A program made the translations under genes and the position numbers. A stretch of DNA of 64,000 nucleotides from the NCBI GenBank assembly GCA_000388065.2, contig KB932201.1, one strand, 5' to 3'. Below are positions 26,601-37,727 of the stretch, piece by piece. Within the stretch, counting starts at the first letter, position 1, and the number at the start of each line of letters is the position of its first letter. The notes under the pieces were generated by a model, which worked only from the letters and a program-made list of their open reading frames with translations, was not told the origin of the DNA and ran no database searches. The stretch is from Fonticula alba ATCC 38817. Taxonomy: Eukaryota; Protista; Nucleariida.

Positions 26601-27759
26601 CGCTGAAGTGGTACCGAGTAAAGGTGTCCCGATTGCGGAGGAAGGTGTCGAGGAAGTTCTCATTCAGGTGCGACAGACGCTTGATATTCTGCATGATCTG
26701 TGCCGTGTAGGTCTCGATGGTGGAGGCGTCACAATCGATGATGGTCAGGGGGGCGGGCTTCGGCAGGGCGGCAGCGGGCCCGGCGCCGGAGCTGGCCGAG
26801 GAGGAGGAGGAGGAGGAGGAGGAGGTCTCGCCATCGGAGTCAGCCTCGGAGGCGGTGGCCGAGGCGTCGCCGGCGATGGCACCGGCCACGCCGGTGGTGT
26901 GGGGCGGCGCGTCGGGATCGCTGACATTCAGGTACATGAGGTTGTCATGGAGGACGGCCGACTCGGCGCGAATGCGCCGGTGCGGCGACACCGCCACCAG
27001 GGCCGACGAGTCATCCATCAGGCGAATGTGGAGGATGGTGGCCAGCATGCCGACCGAATGGATGTCCTCCAGGCCGGTGATGGCGTCCGAGGGCTTGGTC
27101 GACCGGGAGAGGAAGAGACCAATCGGGGCGTCCTGGTTGTCGCGGGTCAGCTCGACCAGGTGCTTGACCACCAGCAGGTCGCTGACGGTGATGGTCTTGG
27201 GGTTGAAGGGGAACAGCGGGGCATCCTGCACTGGGATGGCGAAGATCGAGCTGACCGGCCCGGGAACCGGAGTGGCCAGCGGGCTGTTCGGGCCGTCGGT
27301 GCTGATACCACCGACGGCCACGCGCCCGGGGGCCGGCGGGGCATTCGACTGCGGGGCCGGGGCGTCGGCATCCGAGGGCACATCGTCATGGTCGTCGTCG
27401 TCGTCACCCTTGCCGCCGGCGGCGCCAGCCGCGGCCGGGGGCGCACCACCGGCCGGGGCCCCGGCCCCCGGAGCCGAAGGGTTGTCATCGGAGAAGAGCA
27501 GCGAGCAGCCGAGCGAAGTGGGCCGGGAGAGATCGAAGAGATCCGCCGCACTGGGCCGATTGCGGTGATGTGGCCCGCTGGCTCCGGGGATGGAGGCAGG
27601 CATGCGATCGGATGGGGGAACGGCCGTGCCGTAGGCCGCGCGCAGGAAAAGCGGCCGGGCAAGCGACGCGTCGCGGGAGGCCAGCAGCCTGACGCCGGGG
27701 GCACGCACGGCAGCCGACATGGACCGCGCGATGCGGCTAGTAAGGCCGATGTAGTGCAT
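23694..27759 (-). CDS. LONP1: Mitochondrial Lon protease (~1199 aa); exons 27759-25386, 24919-23694
   Basis: Arg/Ala/Ser-rich presequence, Lon N-domain, Walker A GPPGVGKTS, GHRRTYVGALPG, Walker B LILIDE-IDK across the intron, DPASTFLEILDPEQN, catalytic KDGPSAG (Ser) and GGVKEK (Lys). CDS sums to 3600 nt. Confidence 0.96.
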
Positions 27760-28482
27760 GGCTTGGGGGAGCTCTTTGGGAAGGGGGTGTGAGGGGAGGG
27801 CAAAAGAGAGAGAGGGATGNNNNNNNNNNNNNNNNNNNNNNNNNNNNNNNNNNNNNNNNNNNNNNNNNNNNNNNNNNNNNNNNNNNNNNNNNNNNNNNNN
27901 NNNNNNNNNNNNNNNNNNNNNNNNNNNNNNNNNNNNNNNNNNNNNNNNNNNNNNNNNNNNNNNNNNNNNNGGGGGGGGGGGAGCAGAGGAGCGAGGGAGG
28001 GCCGGAGGAAAGGGGGGGGGGTTTACGTGCGCGGAGGGAGGGGCGAAGGGGAGGGGGCAGAGAGGGACAAGGGGAACGAGAAGGGGGTGGTGGACGGGCG
28101 AGGCAGGAGGGAAGGGGCGGCCTCATCAAGATGGCCAGGAGCGGGTGTCGGCGTTCCTGGAGGAACGGGCCCGGTCGGCATGGCGAATTTTGGGTTACCT
28201 CCTGCTCGGCAATCCCGGCTCGGCGCCGCGCCACGGGGGGCCACCTGTGTCCCCTCCATCTCCAGCCACGCTCACGGCCGACTCGAGCACGACGGGCGCC
28301 AGCGGGGGGGGGGGGGGGGCAGTTTCTCCGTTCCCTGCCTTTCTTCCGGAGAGCGGGGGACTGTCCATTGGCAATCGTGCGTCGTGCGAGGCATACTCTC
28401 GGGAGACAGGAAGGGGTGGAGAGAAGCCGTTCTACTAGAAACTTCACCCCTGCCGCCCACCGGCCCTCGTCCCCGCATGCCG

Positions 28483-28544
<62 letters not shown>

Positions 28545-29243
28545 CACACACGCACAACGACAAAAGGCTCCTGGCCGCGAGAGAGGGGCCGAAGCGCGGG
28601 ACGATGCGGGCGAAAGAGCGCCCTCGTTGACCGCGGCCGATGGTCACGGAAGGACGTCTGCACGCAGATCCTGGCCACTTCCAACATCGGTCCTGGAAGA
28701 GGGGTATACCTGGCCCGGGGGCCCGGCATGCCCTCATGCTATACCCCCCTATGCAGCTCCTCCCGAGAGTCACACACTTTCCGGCGTGTGTTCGGGCTGC
28801 GCATCAAGCGCTCGTCAGAGGGGCACCGCCGCGAACATCGTGACGCTCACGACCAGGCATGCGTCGGCACTGTGAGGATGGCGCCGATCGGCTCCCCCCC
28901 CGGGGGGGGGGAGGGGGGGGGGACGGGGGACACTGGGATCTGGCTGGAACCAGCCGTCGCCGCACAGTCTCATCTCTCTCCGTCTCTCTGGGCACGGGAA
29001 GGGGATGAGGGCACTCGCCACCGAGCCGCGACCCGCCAACAGGCCGCGGCAACCATGCACGCCCACATTGACCTGGACACCTGCACCAGGATAGCAGGCC
29101 GGACCGAGGGGCCGTCTTCACCCGCCCCCCCCCCCCCTCTCCGGCGCCCTAGTTCCCGGGGGGGGGGGCCGACGAGGAAACCGGCGGCCCCCCGCCCCCC
29201 CCCCCCGCGTTGGGGTACAGTAAAGGCTCGAGACTTTGGCGGG

Positions 29244-29279
<36 letters not shown>

Positions 29280-29664
29280 GCTGCCCGCGGGCTTGCGTAA
29301 GGCACGGGCGCATGGAGGGCCAGCTCGGCGGGCAGATCGGAGTGGACCTTACTGGGCGTGACAGTGAAATACTATTCCATCAATAAGCCCTCGTGACTAC
29401 ACGTGATCGCGCCCACACGCTCCCCGCCCCTTCTGTGCGGCGCGACGCTCTCAGCCGGCGGAAGGGCGGCGCTCTTGAGGCAACTTTCGCCCATCCGATC
29501 GCGACTCGGGGGAGCCCCGGCCGGCAGATGGGTCTGCCCTGTGGCGCGTGCGCCCGTGGCCACCCTCTCGCCTCCTCATGTGCCCTGGCGGCACCTCATG
29601 GCGGGGTCTTGCCAAGCATGTGGGATGGAGTTCTCCTCGGCATCCACACGCAAACGTGGGACAA

Positions 29665-29695
<31 letters not shown>

Positions 29696-29876
29696 GGGCA
29701 CGCGCGCGCGACTGTGCACCACCAAAGAAGGTAATCTATTTTATTGGTCATCTCTGAGCAGGCACAGCGGGCGCATGCGACGCCGTGCCCGACACACGGC
29801 CCGGAAGGAGGAGGAGGAGGGAGGAGGAAAAAAAACATCCAGGGCGAAGGGAGGCACATTACATGGGGAGCCCCTC

Positions 29877-30164
29877 TTAGTCGTCCTCCTCGATGGTGAA
29901 GCGCTTGATGGGGCGCGGCCGGGCCATGACCGGCAGGGTGTGCTCGAAGTTGATGATGGCCGTGTTGGAAGACCGGTTCATGATGAAGTTCTTCTCAACA
30001 TGGTGGGGGCGCACATCGTGAGCCAGGAAGCCACGAGCGCGGTCCGAGAGCTTCAGGTTCTCGGGGATGTGGCGCGTGGCATGGCGCAGGGCATTGGCGA
30101 GGGCGTGGCGGACCTCGGGGCGGGCAGCCGACGGCGAGTAGCGGGTGAGCTGAGGGAGGTACAT
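29877..30164 (-). CDS. Small hypothetical protein, 95 aa, single exon
   Basis: GCCATG start context, strongly GC3-biased codons throughout (CGC, GCC, CCC, ATC, AAC, GAG), TAA stop. No family recognised. Confidence 0.75.
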   Translation of the reverse strand: MYLPQLTRYSPSAARPEVRHALANALRHATRHIPENLKLSDRARGFLAHDVRPHHVEKNFIMNRSSNTAIINFEHTLPVMARPRPIKRFTIEEDD

Positions 30165-30641
30165 GGCGTGTACTTTCGCTCGCGCGTGCGATCTCTCTCT
30201 CTCTCTTGCTGAGACGTGAGGCGGGGTGCGTGTACCAGAATGGGTGAGTCAGCCAGCAGCATGCAAGAAGGCAGGGGAGCAAGGAGGAGATATGCTCGGT
30301 GGTGGGAGACAAAAGGAGGGGGAGAGAAAGAGACAGAGAGAGAGGGAGATTCTGTCTGTGCGTGCATGCGGGTGGAGAAGAGGCAAGGAGGGGGGAGGGC
30401 GGCAAGGGGGAGGCATACAGTGGGGGAGCGGGGGGAGGAGGGGAGGACGAGGATTCGTTGTGGCCACCGCCGGGACGCCGAGTCCCGTCGAGAGGGTGCC
30501 TCACAAGTGGGCAGGGGGGGGGGGTAAGAGTGCTGCTCCCGGGCGAGACGAACCCGGGACAGAGCCACCCGCATAAGCACCCCGTGGGGAGTCCGTGAGT
30601 GCCAACGAATGGCGCATGTCTCACCGTGCTCTCCCGTGTGT

Positions 30642-30688
<47 letters not shown>

Positions 30689-31157
30689 CGCCGGGCGGGG
30701 CGACCCTGCTTCGATCCGTTGAAAAAGGGAATGAAAAAGACACGCACAGTGTGCCACCAGATCCCCTTCCCCCTCTCGGTCGCCCTACCCGGGGTGACGT
30801 TGAGGCCGAGTGGCCTCCGGGCCTTTGTCAGCGTCACTGGCTCCAGGCATGAAGCTGCACCATGACGGACCTCGCTGCGACGCCCCAGCCGCCTGTGTGT
30901 CCCCCCACCAAGGTCGCGGAGTCTCCCCCCCCCGGAGGATGCTGCTTCTGCAGAATCCCCCGGCGATGCGTTGGCTTCTGAGCAGCTCAGGCGGACGCGG
31001 TCGTTATTTTCAAAATACCAGGAGCCCTGGGGGCTCACCCGAAAAGGCAGATCCGCCGAGACATCTGGCTTCCGGGATCCAGACAGATCTCCCCTCCCCC
31101 GTCCTCTCCTTCCCCCCCCCCTCTCGTGCCGCTCTCCCCCCCCCTCCCCCCCTGGCC

Positions 31158-31744
31158 ATGAACCCCCGGTATGTGGCCGACCCTTGGCCGCAGCGGTCAC
31201 GCCGGTATGCCACAGACCCTCGCTCCACATCTGCCGTGGACCCGGCGACGGCCGACGCCACGGCTCTGGCCCAACTGGGGGCTACATCCAGTAGCCGGCA
31301 GCTGGCACACCTCTCCCAAAGGATCGCCTTGACCCAAAATGCCACGAACTCCGGCCGATCAACCGCACCGCCACCAGCCCCGACAGCACCCACACGCGAG
31401 CGCCCCCCGGTGCCGATGTCCTTCTTGGCCGGCGCTCGATCGGCCTTTTTCCCGCCCGGCGGCGGGCTACCAAGCGCCGCGGCCACAACCACCGGGCAGG
31501 CCGCACTCATGGCCGCGGCCCCCACCGCCGCCTCTCGCACGCCCAGCCCCGATGATGTGCTGGTCGACTCGCTCGTGGAGGACCTCCTGCAGGCTCGCGA
31601 CACGCTCCCCTCGCGCGCCCTTGCTTCCGAGCGGCCAGCCTGTGCGTACTCTCTCCCCCTCTCCCCACTCTTCGACTGTGGCCCGTCGGTCGGTGTTCTG
31701 GTGTCGAAACATCCCTTTAACCATCCATACATTGTCGTCGTCGT

Positions 31745-31790
<46 letters not shown>

Positions 31791-32589
31791 ACCACCACCA
31801 CCACCACAGTGGCCTATGTCTTCTCGAAATTGGTGGAGGATCTGCGCGCCGGACGCCTCCAGCCCGGATTGGCTGGCGATGCCGACCTCCTGAAGCATGC
31901 TTCGGATTCGACACTCAGCGGTGACGATGATGATGATGATGATGATGACTATAATGATGGTGATGATGTGGATGGTTTCCTCACGGGCGAGGATGACCCG
32001 GAGGGGCTTGGAGCCCGGCGCCGGCGCCGGCGGCTTCGTCGCCAGCAGCGTGGATCCTCCCGTTCAAATCACCCGGCCGACATGTCGCCAACCACTCGGC
32101 GCAAGCGGTTCCGGCCGAACCCGGCCAACGAGCAGGTCAACACCGCCCTCAGACAGTGCATCCATGCGGTCGAGCGGTGCGTCAACAGGCTTGACGGCCT
32201 TTCTTCTTCCCTGACGCGCTCCCTCTCCCTCCCCCCTCCCCCCGCCCACCCTCTCTCCCTCAGTATGCTTCACTTGGTCTTGGCATGTCCACTGATGTTG
32301 CAATGTCCCCAGCATTCGATCGGAGCACGCGTCATGGATTGCCCTCGAGGCAGATGTCACCCGAGTTGAGAGCATGGTTGATGTGAAGCTTGGCACTGTG
32401 GTGGATCGCTTGCTGGCCGACCTCCCGGAGCCCTTGCAGGAGGTCGTCTCAGCTGCCCTGTCCACTGACACTCGGCAGCTGTCCGAGAGCGATCTTGTGC
32501 GACAGGTTGCCCAGGCCACCGAGGCCTCGGTCCCAGCAAATGACTCCGCCGATGAGGGTGCCGGGGATGATCTCACGGCCAAGGCCTTT

Positions 32590-32620
<31 letters not shown>

Positions 32621-32687
32621 TGGGCGTCGGGCCTGATGGAAATGGCCCGGCTCCGGATGGGGGAGTTATCCCTTGGGTGGAGGAGCC
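31158..32687 (+). CDS. Hypothetical protein, 3' end lost in gap; exons 31158-31641, 31810-32176, 32313->32687
   Basis: GCCATG start, two GTGCGT...CAG introns that join in phase, helical segments (LVDSLVEDLL, FSKLVEDL), an acidic tract and a basic NLS-like stretch (RRRRRRLRR, RRKRFRP). Confidence 0.7.
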
Positions 32688-34272
32688 NNNNNNNNNNNNN
32701 NNNNNNNNNNNNNNNNNNNNNNNNNNNNNNNNNNNNNNNNNNNNNNNNNNNNNNNNNNNNNNNNNNNNNNNNNNNNNNNNNNNNNNNNNNNNNNNNNNNN
32801 NNNNNNNNNNNNNNNNNNNNNNNNNNNNNNNNNNNNNNNNNNNNNNNNNNNNNNNNNNNNNNNNNNNNNNNNNNNNNNNNNNNNNNNNNNNNNNNNNNNN
32901 NNNNNNNNNNNNNNNNNNNNNNNNNNNNNNNNNNNNNNNNNNNNNNNNNNNNNNNNNNNNNNNNNNNNNNNNNNNNNNNNNNNNNNNNNNNNNNNNNNNN
33001 NNNNNNNNNNNNNNNNNNNNNNNNNNNNNNNNNNNNNNNNNNNNNNNNNNNNNNNNNNNNNNNNNNNNNNNNNNNNNNNNNNNNNNNNNNNNNNNNNNNN
33101 NNNNNNNNNNNNNNNNNNNNNNNNNNNNNNNNNNNNNNNNNNNNNNNNNNNNNNNNNNNNNNNNNNNNNNNNNNNNNNNNNNNNNNNNNNNNNNNNNNNN
33201 NNNNNNNNNNNNNNNNNNNNNNNNNNNNNNNNCATGTGTGAGCATATGCCTCGCCCTCCCTCCTGGATGCCCACGCCCCTCCTTGACCTGCTGCGTAAAC
33301 GATTTGCATCGCGTTGTCCCCCCCCCCGGGCTTTGTGCTCGTGCATGCGCATCCGAGAGCCGAGCACAAGAGGAAGTACACACACACACACATTGGATCA
33401 GGGGAGGGGGGGGGGGGGGGGGGGGGGGGACAGGTGGGAATGTGGCTTTATTTTTGGGGATAATATACAGCGGGGATACTTGTGTGAAGGGTGCTGTTCA
33501 GGAAGGAGCAGCCACCTATGGGGCGGCTCCCCCTGCCAACAGCACAGGACACCAAGCCCTCCAGTTAAAGCCAGAGAGATGTGATGAGAGGGGGGGGGGG
33601 GGACAGGGTGGGAAAATGGAAGAGAGCCCGAAGGGGGGCTGGCATCTGGGCATGTGTCTGCGTGCGTGTGCTTACGTGAGTGCGCGCATATGCCCAGACA
33701 CATGCACACGCCCGCGTCAACATGCGGGGTCGATCTTCTTGCCATGGCCAGGAGAGGAGAGGGCAACACACATGCTTTTCGCCTCGGCCATGTGGCGAGC
33801 GCACCATGGGAGACACATCCACCATGAAAGGCCCTGGCGTCTGGTTTCTCACCCCCGAGGCAGCGGTCTGACGATGTGGCAGATGCCTGAGCAGCGGGCG
33901 AAGAAACCATTTGAACCGGGAGAAGTGGATGAGAACCCCATGATGAAGCCAGCATGCGGGGCATTTCCCCGAGAACCCCGGCCGGCCTTGCGTCAGACAC
34001 ATCTTCGACGCACGGACCATGATGCCGGTGGACCCTGTACTTGCCGACACAGACACGGGGGAAAAACACAGCACCGCGCACGCAAACACACGCACGCGCG
34101 CGCTCACATTAAGGTATGCACCAGCGCGCGCGCGCGCGCGTATGCGAGCATGTGCGTGCCTGGCTGTGTTTGCATGTCTCAGAGGCTGGGTGCATATGCG
34201 CGCGTCAGGGAACGGGCGCCACACACACACGCACACACACACACACACACGGCCTCAGGCGCACGGGCACAT

Positions 34273-36150
34273 TTAGTGGCTGGCCATGTCGACGGCAGCC
34301 TCGAACATGGTGCGGCCCTGGCGCTTGGCAGTCCGGGCGGACAGCGCCTCGCCAGACACCTCGGCCGAGTAGGCAGCCGCCGACTTGGTGTCGAAGCGGT
34401 TGTACTCGAAGTCGGTGCCGAAAATGCCATCACGCAGCTCGTAGTCCAGCTCCTTACCAATGAGGGCGAAGTTCTTCGCGGCCTCGGTGGCATCAACGCC
34501 TGTGTCGAAGCGTACGCGCACCAGGCCAGAGGTGCACATGGTGGGAGAGTTCCGAGGGGCGGGGCCAGCGAGCGTTTTGTCAGTCATCCGTCGGAGGCAT
34601 GAGGAGCAAGAGGACGGGCAGCCCCGAATGGACCGGCCCTCCGGGGGCTCTCGATATCTCCTCCTTGGCTTTCTTCCGGCTCGCCTTTTCCGGGGAGAGC
34701 CTCGTGCCGTTGCCGGTTTCTCTTTCTCTCTCTCCCCCCCCCCCTTTTCCTTGCGCATCGCGCGAGCAAGGGAGACCGCATGCGAAACCCTTGGCGCACC
34801 ATCGACGATGAACTGGGCAGTCTGGCCGAGAATACCGTGCGGGGACTCGGGCTTGCCGAGCAGCGACACATGCAGGTTGGTGTACATCTCCTGCATGAGA
34901 CCCTTCTCGACCTTGGTACGGGCGGTCACCTGCCAGACCTCGGTCCGGACGGACAGGCGCCAGCGCCCGTCAATGTGCTCGAGGTCAATCTCGGCCTCGG
35001 GAAGCTCCAGCGAGCCGACCGGCAGCTGCTGGCCATTGAGGAAGGCACCGAAGCCGGGGTCGAAGCCGAGCACATGCGACCCGATCAGGAACCCGAGGCG
35101 GCCCATGTAGGTGCCCTTCAGCGCCTCGAGGCGGATGAAGTGGGCGTTCACCTGGAAGGTCTTGTCGGAGATGATGTTGTAGCTGTGCCCGGAGCGACCC
35201 TCAAAGTAGTACTGGCGGCCGTGGAAGGCCGAGAAGTGGGGATCCTGCTCGCCGGAGCCGTCAGGGATGGAGGAGCAGTCGCTGGTCCGGCGGCAAACCT
35301 TGGGGCTACCGCTGCAGCTGTACACCATCATGCCATTGGACACGCAGACCGCCACATCGGTGCAGGTGATGGAGTTGCTGTTGGTGAAGCAGTCGCGCTC
35401 GTTGCGGAAGCAGGACACCATCTCGCCAGCCGGGCAAGAGCACTCCCGGACGATCGGCTTGCTGGTGGGCTTGGGCTTGGAGGGCTTGCTGGTGGGCTTG
35501 GGCTTGGAGGGCTTGGTGGTGGGCCGAGGCTTGGACGGCTTGGTGGGCCGGGGCTTGGAGGGCTTGGTGGTGGGGGTGGGCTTCGGCACCGCGGTCGGGG
35601 TGGGCTTGGGCTTGGAGGGCTCGCTGGTGGGCTTGGGCACCGAGGTGGGCGTGGGCTTGGGCTTCGAGGGCTCGGAGGTAGGCTCGGGCGGCGGGGTGGG
35701 GTGCTTGCGAGACTTCTTGGCGCGCTTGCGGGCCTTCTTGGCCGCCTTCTTGGCGGCCTTGCGCTTGCGCTTCTCCTCCTTCTTGCCCTCGTCGTCCTCG
35801 TCATCCTCCTCGTCCTCCTCGTCCTCCTCCTCTTCCTCCTCCTCCTCCTCCTCCTCCTCCTCTTCCTCCTCCTCCTCGTCCTCCTCCTCGTCCTCCTCCT
35901 CGTCGTCGTCACGAGGACGGCGCTCCTTGCGCGCCTCGGCGGAAGAAGCGCCCGTCTTGGCGGCGGCGCCCGTCTTGGCGACCTTCTGATCGGCGGACTT
36001 GGCCTCGACAACGGCGCCGGCCTCATCGGAACGGGCCTGGCGCTCGATCTCGGCGGCCTTCTGCTCCTGGGGGATGATGGCGGCGTCGGCGTTGGCGGCG
36101 GCCACCATCATCATGGCGGCCGTGGCGGCCATCATGAGCTTCTGGGACAT
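34273..36150 (-). CDS. Secreted extensin-like protein with Cys-rich and VWD/Root_cap-like C-terminal domain (~525 aa); exons 36150-34800, 34499-34273
   Basis: Signal-peptide-like N-terminus (MSQKLMMAATAAMMMVAAANA), D/E tract, K/A tract, PTSKPSKPKP repeats, 8-Cys segment, then DPHF..F.G..YYFEG...YNIISD...VNAHF, HGILGQT and DYELRDGIFGTDF..NRF. Intron GTGCGC...CAG; CDS 1578 nt. Confidence 0.88.
   Translation of the reverse strand: MSQKLMMAATAAMMMVAAANADAAIIPQEQKAAEIERQARSDEAGAVVEAKSADQKVAKTGAAAKTGASSAEARKERRPRDDDEEEDEEEDEEEEEEEEEEEEEEEEEEDEEDEEDDEDDEGKKEEKRKRKAAKKAAKKARKRAKKSRKHPTPPPEPTSEPSKPKPTPTSVPKPTSEPSKPKPTPTAVPKPTPTTKPSKPRPTKPSKPRPTTKPSKPKPTSKPSKPKPTSKPIVRECSCPAGEMVSCFRNERDCFTNSNSITCTDVAVCVSNGMMVYSCSGSPKVCRRTSDCSSIPDGSGEQDPHFSAFHGRQYYFEGRSGHSYNIISDKTFQVNAHFIRLEALKGTYMGRLGFLIGSHVLGFDPGFGAFLNGQQLPVGSLELPEAEIDLEHIDGRWRLSVRTEVWQVTARTKVEKGLMQEMYTNLHVSLLGKPESPHGILGQTAQFIVDGAPRVSHAVSLARAMRKEKGGGEREKEKPATARGSPRKRRAGRKPRRRYREPPEGRSIRGCPSSCSSCLRRMTDKTLAGPAPRNSPTMCTSGLVRVRFDTGVDATEAAKNFALIGKELDYELRDGIFGTDFEYNRFDTKSAAAYSAEVSGEALSARTAKRQGRTMFEAAVDMASH
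35455..35700 (-). repeat. Coding tandem repeats of (K)PTSKPSKP(K/R) units
   Basis: Repeated gggcttgggcttggagggcttgctggt-type units on the + strand. Confidence 0.9.
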
Positions 36151-36376
36151 CTGTGGCGACAAACGAATGAGTCAGTGGATGGAGGCCGCCAGGCGAGAGG
36201 GAGACGGGGAGGGGAGGAAGGACGAGCCAGCGAGCGACTCTGAGATGGAGAGAGAGAGACAGCAGCGAAGGAGGAAGAGGCCGGTGAAGGAGGCATCGGA
36301 GGAGGGATAGGAGCCACCATTGGGGGGAGGATCCCCCCGAGGGGGGGCATCAAACAATGTGTCGGGGGTCGCGCAC
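36151..36376 (-). other. Probable 5'-UTR intron immediately before the ATG of the secreted protein
   Basis: AAG|GTGCGC donor at 36376; CACAG acceptor abutting the ATG at 36150. Confidence 0.55.
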
Positions 36377-36937
36377 CTTGCTGGCTGTGCTGTGTGAGGG
36401 AGTTCGCTGCGATTGAGCGATCTCGGTGTCTTCCACGAGGGAACCCTTGTCGATTCGGTGCGGCCGAAAAAGGAGAGAGAGAGGGGGGGGAGGGGCGAGA
36501 AAGCAGTCGGAGAGGGAAACAAGCCTGAAGATGAGTTTGCACCTACAGGGGATGAGCAAAGTCCCAAGGGAGGGGACCAAGTGAGCTGCTTAAATAGGGT
36601 CTTTGAGTTTGGAGCAGCCAACTGGCACGTTGGTTGGCTTCACCCGTGGAGAGGCAACCCCTGGAGCCGGGGCTGTGAGGGACAACGGCTGCCGGGGAAA
36701 GGGTGTGGATGGGTAGCCCCACACGGGTCAGAGACACTTGCGGTCCATGGTCGAGGGGGACCGAAGGGGAGTATTGACACACACACACACAGAGAGAGAG
36801 AGAGGGAGAGAGAAGGTGAGAAGGATAACCGCCAAGAAGGGCAGCGATGCATCGGGGTCGCGAGACGCCGCTGTCCCGGGACATCAGCATCCTTGCGATG
36901 CGTTGTTTCTGACGGGAAGAGGGGAGCGAGGGAGGAT

Positions 36938-36985
<48 letters not shown>

Positions 36986-37676
36986 GGGGGGTGGGGGGGG
37001 GGGGGGATGAGCAGGTCGTTGGCCATGCGGGTGTCCCGCCCCGATCGGGGAAGATACACCATGATCCACGTCGCTGGCACACTGGCCATGGATCGGGCGC
37101 GGGGATGCACGAACATGCGGAGAGGCAACCGGGAGGGGAGGCTCTGCAACAACCCGTCGCACACTTTCCACGGGCCGACATCATGAGCATCTGCAAAAAA
37201 AAAAAGCAAGCATCCGCAGACCCGCAAGACGCGCAAACATCTCGGCATCCAAGCATCCGGTCAAACATTCACACCCACATCCAGATACACGGACACCGGT
37301 GCAGACCCCGGCACAGACTCACGCATACGACCGGATGGATAGATCTCGATGCCAAAGCATCATGGAGCCAGCCTCGAGCACTTGAACAGGGGAATCACCC
37401 TGCCCAAGGGCAGGCGCTCAGAGATACCCGGAAAAATGAGGAGGGGCACGGAAACACCCAGGGGTAGCCGATAGCCACCTGGGTTCTGGGGTGCTGGGCC
37501 GGGGGGAAGGAACTATCAACGAGCCCATGTAGGAGGGACGCAGGAACGCACCTTGGACAGGGCACAGGAGCCAGACCGAAGTGGCCAACATCCGCCAAAA
37601 GGCCCGGCTCTCTGCCAGCCTCAAGACACTCGAGGCCAGTTTCTCAAGCGGACCGGATGCCTGCACGCGAGACTGG

Positions 37677-37727
<51 letters not shown>

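Noticed and set aside
24889-27792. 967-aa + strand ORF and other long antisense or alternate-frame ORFs (e.g. 34780-36243, 51121-52713, 61267-62823, 7786-8976)
   Set aside because: Shadows of real GC3-biased genes on the opposite strand, where stop codons are depleted; no independent motifs.
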